64,000 nt of DNA, taken from NCBI RefSeq assembly GCF_009914755.1, contig NC_060928.1; one strand, written 5' to 3'. Shown here one piece after another: positions 56,282 to 64,000 of this stretch; within the stretch, counting starts at the first letter, position 1; the number at the start of each line of letters is the position of its first letter. The notes under the pieces are model-generated. The model saw only the letters and a list, made by a program, of their open reading frames with translations, was not told where the DNA came from and searched no databases. This stretch comes from the human T2T-CHM13v2.0 reference genome, Homo sapiens. The translations under genes and the position numbers were made by a program.

Positions 56282-57801
56282 ATGAGGGCCTTGTTGCTAA
56301 AACTTCTCTTCCTCCTCTTAATAGTGCAGGTTAATCTCCTGAACCCAATAGCCGAACAGATCCAGTGCCTAGCCTGGGCAGTCAATCTAACTTCATGTTA
56401 TATCTGTATTTCAGATTCGCCGTCAGCTGAAGTATTACCACGATCATTAGAAGATTTAGCTAACGTTAACACTAAAGTTACCCTAGTCACTCAGTCCAAT
56501 GCAACTTATCCTGATGAGCAAGTAAAAAATGTATTTCTCCCAATCATATCACAAGTTATAGAGGATGGCCCAGACCTGAATTTTACAGAATCTTCACCTC
56601 TTGTAAGAGTCTTTTGCACTGTACTTCCAAGGTGCACATTATCCATTTGTTTCACATCTTTGAGAACAAAGGGAACTTACCTGGGAACCTTGTCCAGCTG
56701 CTCATATGAAGTATTTCTTAGTTGGACAACTCAGGAAAGGTAATACAACTCTTCAGAAAAGAGAGACAAATGGTATCTTAAAGTAAGAAAGCAACACCAG
56801 TTCCTTCTCTTTAAATACCCAAATTCAAGGTGACCTCAGTTTACTAGTAACACCAACACTTCCTGCATTTCTACGGGTTGGTACTCAGTGTTGAAAGATA
56901 ACTCACCTTTACCCCTAGCCCGAATGTTAGCCTGGGGAATACAAAGAATGTTCTTAAAATTCCACCCCAATCACGTATTCCTTTCCAACATTCGGGCAGA
57001 ATTTGCCTCAATATGGGAGGACCTCACTGGAAACTACCTAAGTGCATGGGACACCCCCTAACCCCCCCCTCCTGAAATTAGAGCTGGCCTTCTGGGGATA
57101 TCAAGTATCTTTAGATCCCAAACAGGAACTGTTCTTCATATGAAGAAACACGGGATATGTGAGCCTGCCAAGTCAATGGAGGGAGCCTGTGGTGTTGCAG
57201 CAATACTTCCAAAAGTATCCTATGCCAATGCTCTACACAATTCCCATTCCTTATAAAACATACCCACGCTGTAGCAAAAAGGGCAGCTCATGTAATTCTA
57301 CTCCCTTTAGCACCTGTTGTAACTGGACTTCTGGGAACAACCCTTGGGTCCATCTCTCTACATTTATCTTCTCAGCAAACCCAGGCCCTAGCTGAAATTA
57401 TAGCTGCCACTCAGAAACAACAATGGCAAATAGACTCACTCACAGGTGTCACCTTGCAAAATTGAAGAGGACTGGACCTCCTAATGGCAAGTCAGGGAGG
57501 AATATGTGTTTTTCTTAAGAAAGAGTGTTGCTTCTATATTAATGCTTCTGGTAAAGTACAGCAACATCTAGTTGAGGCAACCAATATTATCACCCACTTG
57601 CAGCAGTACAACCCATCTAAATGGCTCACAGGTATCAAACAAACTCTGCTGTCATGGTTATGGCTTATAGTGACTCCACTGATAATGGTAGTCTTAATAC
57701 TCATATTCGGACCCTATCTTCTAAACTTCCTTGTAAAGTTTATCTCTTCTCACCTAGAAATCATCAAGTTTCAGATGGTGCTGCAAATGGAGCCGAAATG
57801 A
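56282..57801 (+). pseudogene. ERV env remnant (SU and TM), interrupted
   Basis: Hydrophobic leader, CYIC (CXXC), immunosuppressive-domain LQN*RGLDLL, CX6CC (CVFLKKECC), transmembrane segment. Confidence 0.88.
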
Positions 57802-57958
57802 AACCACCCTTCTACTAGGAACCCTTAGATCCACCCAGAAGGAACCCTGGCTGCTGTTCCCATACAATGCCCCTCTCCAGCAGGAAGTAGCCAGAAGAAG
57901 TCGTTGCCCAATTCCCCCTAACAGCAGTTAGGGATTTCATTCCTGATGGGGGGAAATA

Positions 57959-58422
57959 TGTTATAGGAGATAGAAAGAAATTATTTAGGTAGATAGATTA
58001 GGGTAGAGAGAGTTTCCAGCGAAAAACTTTCCTTCTAACAAAAAGCAGGTCAGAAATAGTTCCCTTTCTAACCTCAAGCAGTTCAAAGAAATCACTTCTC
58101 TTCTAACAAAGAGCAGCCTAGAAGGTCAGGCTGTAAAACACAGATAAGCAATTCGGGCACAGAGCAGGGTTTTCTGGGTAATCACCAAAATTCACATACA
58201 TACAATGGGCCCTGATAAAAAGAGTGGGCCTTAATAAGCACTTTCGTTTACTGCAACTTGGCAACTCATTCAGCACCCTTTTCTGTGACAGATAGCTGTT
58301 CTTTCCTTTTGCCTATTAAACTCCTGCTCCAGTCTCAACATGTGTGTGCATCCACTTCCTTGATTTCTTCAGCTGTGAGACCAAGAACTTTGGTATTTAT
58401 CCCAGACAACAAAGCCATTTTA
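57959..58422 (+). promoter_or_regulatory. 3' LTR (464 bp, about 300-bp internal deletion)
   Basis: Matches both ends of the 5' LTR but lacks about 49716-50020; ATTAAA at 58315-58320. Confidence 0.88.
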
Positions 58423-58559
58423 TTTTGGTTCTCCTTAAGCTCTACCTATCGGCAGAGAGGATGCATTTTGAGCTATTTTCCATTATGCAATAATAATGAT
58501 AAATCCAAACATATAAATAGAATTGTAAATAATGATAAATCCAAACATATAAATAAACA

Positions 58560-58700
58560 GTCCCAGGGACTGTTCTAAGCACTATATAAATAAATTTACT
58601 TCTTTCCCCAAAACCTTGAGATATAATTATTCCCATTTTACAGATAAGGAAACTGAGGCTCAAAGAGATTTAGTGAATTCCCTGAGGTCCAACAGTTGAT
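58560..58700 (-). mobile_element. MIR
   Basis: cccattttacagataaggaaactgaggctcaaagaga core. Confidence 0.75.
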
Positions 58701-59094
58701 AAATGTTTCTGAATGCTCCTTCGGGGAGGGCTGAAGATTCTAGCTAACACAGTGACTGGGTAGTCAAGTCTGTCTCATTTTAGAAGTCCATTTTGCTGTA
58801 GATCTAAAACTATTAATATGTTGTCTAATTGGTTTTATCACTAATTAAAGCAATATTGTTATTTTCCAAATAATTGTCTCTTGAGTCTTATTTCTAAATT
58901 GCTCTATACTCAGAAGTACAGAGCCACAATAAGCCAGGCTTATTGACCACCCAAGTCTAACATTTAGAGGCCAGAGCTCCGGAAGAGCAACACACATAGA
59001 AAATGAGTTTTCAATGCTGAGTAGCAACACCTCACCCCTCCAGAAACAAAAGACCTACACAAATGTTGCACTTTCTGAAAAGGACATTTTAAAC

Positions 59095-59368
59095 CAGTGA
59101 TGTCCTTTTGAAATATCTGCAGTGATAGACACGTTCTACATCTGCGCTGTCTAATGCAGCAGCCACTAGCCACGTTTAGCTATTGAGCACATAAAATGTT
59201 GTTAAGGCAATTAAGAAACTAATTTTTACTTCAATGTTAATTAATTTAAATTTGAATGTTCCTCCTGAAGGGGCCTGAAGATAACTGCTAATACAGTGAC
59301 TGGATGAACAAATCTGTCTAGACCCAAAAGTTCATTTTGCTGTAGTGCTACTATATTGAACAGCGCCA
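59095..59368 (+). mobile_element. MER3 MITE carrying an internal insertion
   Basis: cagtgatgtcc...tctgcgctgtctaatgcagcagccactagccac...ctactatattgaacagcgc. Confidence 0.75.
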
Positions 59369-59742
59369 TTTCATACCTTCATCATACTTCTCAAACTGCT
59401 TTTGATAATCCTTTTACTCTCATCAAATACACGTTAGATTATGAATTCCCTCATCTTTTTGCCTAGAGATTGATAAACCTCATTCATACCCATTTTTACT
59501 ACCATCACTTTGATCTCAAAAACCGAGGGGTCTTTTCTAGTCTAAATCTAATTCTTTGGCTGTGCTATGGATTTCATTTTTGTGCCTTCTCAGAGACCTT
59601 CTTTATATTTTTTCCTCTCTCTCATCTCTGTGTTAGAGCTGATTTTAAGCAAAGGATAGAGACAGGAAAATGTTGGGCTAATTTGTCTTCTTTGGGGCTG
59701 GAAATTTTGTGATTTCTACGTTCAACATACTGTTCTCAGATA

Positions 59743-59832
59743 TGTTAAAATACATATATGTGGGATGTTATCTAATACTGTGGGCTTTTGTTAAAAAACA
59801 AATATGTGGGATGTTATCTAATACTGTGGGCT
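59743..59832. repeat. 46-bp tandem duplication
   Basis: tgttaaaa.aca.atatgtgggatgttatctaatactgtgggct twice. Confidence 0.85.
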
Positions 59833-60759
59833 CTTGAGAGGTAGAGTCATAGACTTTATCTTAAAATGCCCCGAAGACTCCATGTACATTATTGCTGACC
59901 CTTAAACATTATGATCTACCCATTGTTTTACATCATCCTCTGTTCCCACCGGTATAACCCTGTTTTTATGGCAGGTATTTTAAGGAACCTCTAGCCACAT
60001 CAAATCTGAATTAAACTGCCAGCCAGTTGGTGTCAGTCTTTCAGGGAGTCTTCAATGCTCTTTTAGGGCAGATATGTTTTTCCACTGCCCACAGTTACTA
60101 CAGCAAAAACCAGATAGATCATATGAACCAGATCCTTGAAGAATGTGTCCACGAAAACAAATCCTCCAGGGAGGATTACAGAGTTACTTCTTTCTCTGGG
60201 GCCAGAATTTATATATAACCAACACCCCATGAACATGGTTGTAACAGGATATTAAATGGAAACTTTTGAATGAAGCAACAGAATACATGAGGTGCTACAG
60301 TGAAGGAAGTTCTAGACCATATGCAGAATTTCATAGAAAACAGCCAAAACTCATTTATAAAAACCTCAAACTCCCACACTCACATCCGGGTTATGAACAA
60401 GTAGAAGAGTGGAGAGTCAGAGGATTTTGTGAAGAAGATCTTGGGAGACAATTTGGTGGATTGTGGTGACCTGCACATCTACCCTCAATCCCCCTTACCT
60501 CTTTCTCTGCCATCTCCCCTGCACACAGGAAGGACTGAAAACCCCAGAATGATAACAAGATGGAAAAGAAGGAAACAACAGGGCAAAAGAAAAGGAAGAC
60601 CACATTCCCTTTCCCTCCGTCAGTAGCCAGCTAGATGAGGGCTTCCACTGACATAGGTGAGATGATTCTATGTTGAAGTCAAATTTAGAGCTGAGATTAT
60701 TATCTAGGGCATATTACATTTCTGGCTTACGACTTTGCCACTTTAAAAAGTCAGAGAAC

Positions 60760-60890
60760 TGCCCAGGCGCAGTGGCTCATGCCTATAATCTTAGCACTTT
60801 GAGAGGCCGAGATGGGAGGATCATTTGAGCTCAGGAGTTTGAGGCCAGCCTGGTCAACATAGGGAGACCCCATCTCTATAAAAGAAAAAC
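60760..60890 (+). mobile_element. Alu monomer (FLAM_C-like)
   Basis: Left-arm consensus followed by an A-rich tail. Confidence 0.85.
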
Positions 60891-63299
60891 ATATTTTTAA
60901 ATAGAAAAAAAGAAAAGAAAATTAAAGTGCTAAAACTTAAAAATAAAATAAGATAAAAGATCTGAGGACTTTTTTCTTATAGAAGAGTAACCAGACAGAT
61001 GGTGTCATGAAAGCTGGGTTTCATCCAAACACTGTCAGATGTTTCTGTTAAGGTAACTGCCCTTCAGAGTTTGCTGTGAACAATCCTGTGGTCTACGATT
61101 ACTATGTCTGTGGTCTCAGTGCAATCGAGGATTGCTCTGCCTTTCATTCTCAAGAGTATCTCATGTTGGACAATAAATTTTATAGCCAGTCTGTTTTCGG
61201 CATACGTCTTGTGGAAGCAGATGAATTTACAAAATGGCAAATTCATTGGAAACAATGGCCAAATCAACTTATCTTTTCCTTTTAATATTTCACTGGCTTT
61301 AATTTTATTTTCAAAACAGCAATATGTTGTACTTGCCAAAAGAGAAAAAAACACATAACCAGATAAGTCAGAGGGATTAAATTTCTACAGACAGGGGTAG
61401 GATTACTCCCACTGGGCTGGTTTAATAGGACAGCAGAAGACCAAAGTAAAGCTGTTTTTTAGATTATATGGTACGAATCCTCCATATTCAAAGTACCAGT
61501 TACATAGTCATAGTCCCCAGGCTTTCCCAGCCGCCATCCTGTCAAGACCTTGCCAAGTTCTCTGCTGCAGCATACTCTAGGCAAAACCCAGCATCGAATA
61601 AAGCCTCACAAAAAACCTGCTTCTCTGACAGCAGGAGATAATTCAAGTGAAGGTACAAAGTGCTACACATCAGAAGACTAGGTTCACACCAAATGTATGG
61701 TATTATTGATCTCATCACTTTCTTGCCTAAATTCACCCACTTTGTATGTTAACCTTGTTTTTCTTCACTGTTATCCTGTTTTGGATACCAGCTCATATGT
61801 TTCTGTAACAGACACAGCTTCAGTGCCTGGCTAGATTATGGGCTTGAGGATCATGGCAAGGGCCTGCTTCCCTCCTCAGACACACTCAAGATCAGTCACA
61901 TTATGGTGGAGAGAGTAAGGACAAGAGAGTGATTGTGTCATTATGTCCTTCCTGGCAAGCCAATCTCCTGGAGCCTCTGGGCTCTAGGTTAAAAGGGGGT
62001 CTGTGTGATGTGTTAAACTGCTAGATTCAAATAATCTTTACAGCCATCTTTGCTTAACCCTTTATTCTTCTGGTAACCTCTTTGTAGTAATTTTCTAATC
62101 CAATCTCATCAGATTTTGCATTCATTATGTATCTGTTTACACTTTTGGCCCTATTAAATGTTGTCTTTTCATCCCACCTACGGATCTCAGAACTACCTTG
62201 GTTAATACTGCTTCAGAATCTCTACTAACTCTCAAATAACCTATAACCCAGGGATGCATTCCTATCATCGGGGCTGCCACACACTTTTCTCACCTATGCC
62301 TCAAGGACAAGATCTGAGCTGAGTCAGGCAGGCATGGCAGGCAGAGAGACGTAAGAGAAGATAGCTTCGAGAAACGTGAGCATTTTTGGAACTGCTGTAA
62401 CATAGGGTGGATGCAAAGGTAACGCATTCAACATATTTTCCTCACTTGAATTTTGTTTATTTTCAGTTCTGTCTGAAGCCAGCGTTTATGTTCCCCTTTT
62501 TCTAAATTATAGTTTACAGGCCAGCTTTCAGTGGCCTTTCTATTTGTTGGCTATAATTCAATCCTGAAGTTACTAAAATTGATTTTCCTTTTCCAAGAAA
62601 AATATATTCTTTTTAATAAAGCAGTATGAAAGTTAAACAAAGGTCAACCAATAATTGAATGGTTGTATGAAATAACCAGTTAGAATGTAATGGCTGTCAT
62701 CATTTCCAATTTGTGAAAGAAGCAATGAAAACAGATGTTTTGTGGTTTGTTTGCTGGATCAGAGAAAATTATTTTTACACTGCTTTGTTAAGAGTAATGA
62801 TTGAGGGAAAGCACTTATAGGAAGTACTTTATTTTCCTCTAGATTCCAATTTCAAAGATATCAAGGTCATTCCTAGTTCAATTCTCTGAATTAAATGATG
62901 ATGGTAATCAGTGGATTATTTATTGCTTGTATCATTGGAAATTTAATACTTGATTGCTAGAGTGAGGAAGATACTTTGGCCTCATTGGCCGGGAGTCTTT
63001 TTGTCAAAGACAATCTGGTGCTCTGATGGAATTAAACAAGAGCATTTCAGTATTTTTCAGGGATCACATGATTAACTCACTTTCCAGCAACAACAACAAC
63101 AAATCTGAATTTGTTGAATGAATCCTGTCTACAGATAAAAATGGTGGTCCTGCTACCTCTATCCATTCTTTACCTGTCTCCTAGGAAGTGTCAATTTAAG
63201 GAAGGATTGCTGATTTGTTTGTGCATTGAAAGCGGCACAATTCAACTATGTAGCCAGCTTTTTCCTGAGTTGGTGAATTTAAAACCATACTAGAATATT

Positions 63300-63608
63300 T
63301 CTTTCTTTTTTTTTTTTTTTTTTTTTGAGATGAATTTTCGCTCTTGTTGCCCAGGATGGAGTGCAATGGTGCAATCTTGGCTCACCGCAACCTCCACCTT
63401 CCAGATTAAAGCAATTCTCCTGCCTCAGCCTCCTGAGTAGCTGGGATTACAGGCACGTGCCATCATGCCCGGCTAATTTTGTATTGTTAGTAGAGATGGG
63501 GTTTCTCCATGTTGGTCAGGCTGGTTGTGAACTCCCGACCTCAGGTGATCTGCTCGCCACTGCCTCCCAAAGTGCTGTGATTACAGGTGTAAGCCACCGC
63601 ACCCAGCC
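63300..63608 (-). mobile_element. Alu (AluS-like)
   Basis: Poly-T then reverse dimer; TSD TAGAATATT at 63291-63299 and 63609-63617. Confidence 0.92.
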
Positions 63609-64000
63609 TAGAATATTGCAAGCAAAGGATTAGATTATTTTCATCATGCAGTACAGCTGTCAAAAGAAACAGAGATGGAAACAGAGATGTTCAGCTAAGC
63701 TGTCTTGTTCCCTGCTTGCTTTGTTGGTATCACTGTCAAACCTCGGTTTCTTTGGAGTAATCTTTTAAAGCTATTTGGACATATTGTGAGAACTACTTTA
63801 GTTAAAACCAGGTTGTCAAAGCCTTAAATCCACTTGAGTCACCCTTAAACTTTAGTGTGTTGCAATATACTTCTGTGTCCTCTGTGCTGTGGAACCATCA
63901 TTCTTCCCCCTAGAATACCTCTCTTATTATAGGAAAGCCTTAACGAACCTAACGGCAGAATCAGGGTACAGAGTCAATCCATATATTTAATGTTAGTAAA

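Larger units (their letters stand above)
49442..58422 (+). mobile_element. Defective class I ERV provirus with tRNA-Pro PBS (HUERS-P3/P3b, LTR9-family-like)
   Basis: Two LTRs, each starting TGTTATAGGAGATAGAAA; PBS; gag-pro-pol-env remnants; PPT gatggggggaaa; flanks CTTTG/TTTTG. The provirus call is strong; the family name is from recall. Confidence 0.88.

Noticed and set aside
51495-57801. Replication-competent retrovirus or full-length syncytin-like Env
   Set aside because: Many stops and frameshifts in gag, pol and env, including one within the immunosuppressive domain
60027-60626. Purine-rich short ORFs suggesting a processed pseudogene
   Set aside because: No recognisable protein, poly-A tail or TSD; cannot be supported without BLAST

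Overview
Primate, almost certainly human, genomic DNA. It contains the complete NAF1 gene (H/ACA RNP and telomerase assembly factor) on the minus strand. Eight GT-AG coding exons run from ATG 44596 to stop 6769 and splice to 1485 nt (494 aa), with a CpG-island promoter at about 44.0-44.9 kb. The rest is mostly transposon-derived: a full-length Tigger1 just downstream of the gene, L1, MaLR, MER and MIR relics, over a dozen Alus and Alu monomers, an intronic antisense LTR12C solo LTR, and a ~9 kb two-LTR class I provirus with a tRNA-Pro PBS (HUERS-P3/LTR9-like) about 4.7 kb upstream and divergent. I see no wholly new biological system. Best leads: (1) an in-frame alternative last exon made from the antisense Tigger1 end, giving 389 aa; (2) an NMD-escaping 102-codon alternative frame in exon 8 that exon-7 skipping would open; (3) a 153-aa signal-peptide-bearing Env N-terminal ORF in a provirus whose 3' LTR has lost its TATA region; (4) a near-perfect 346-bp tandem duplication plus several smaller local duplications. 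Repeat subfamily names come from recalled consensus sequences, not from a search.
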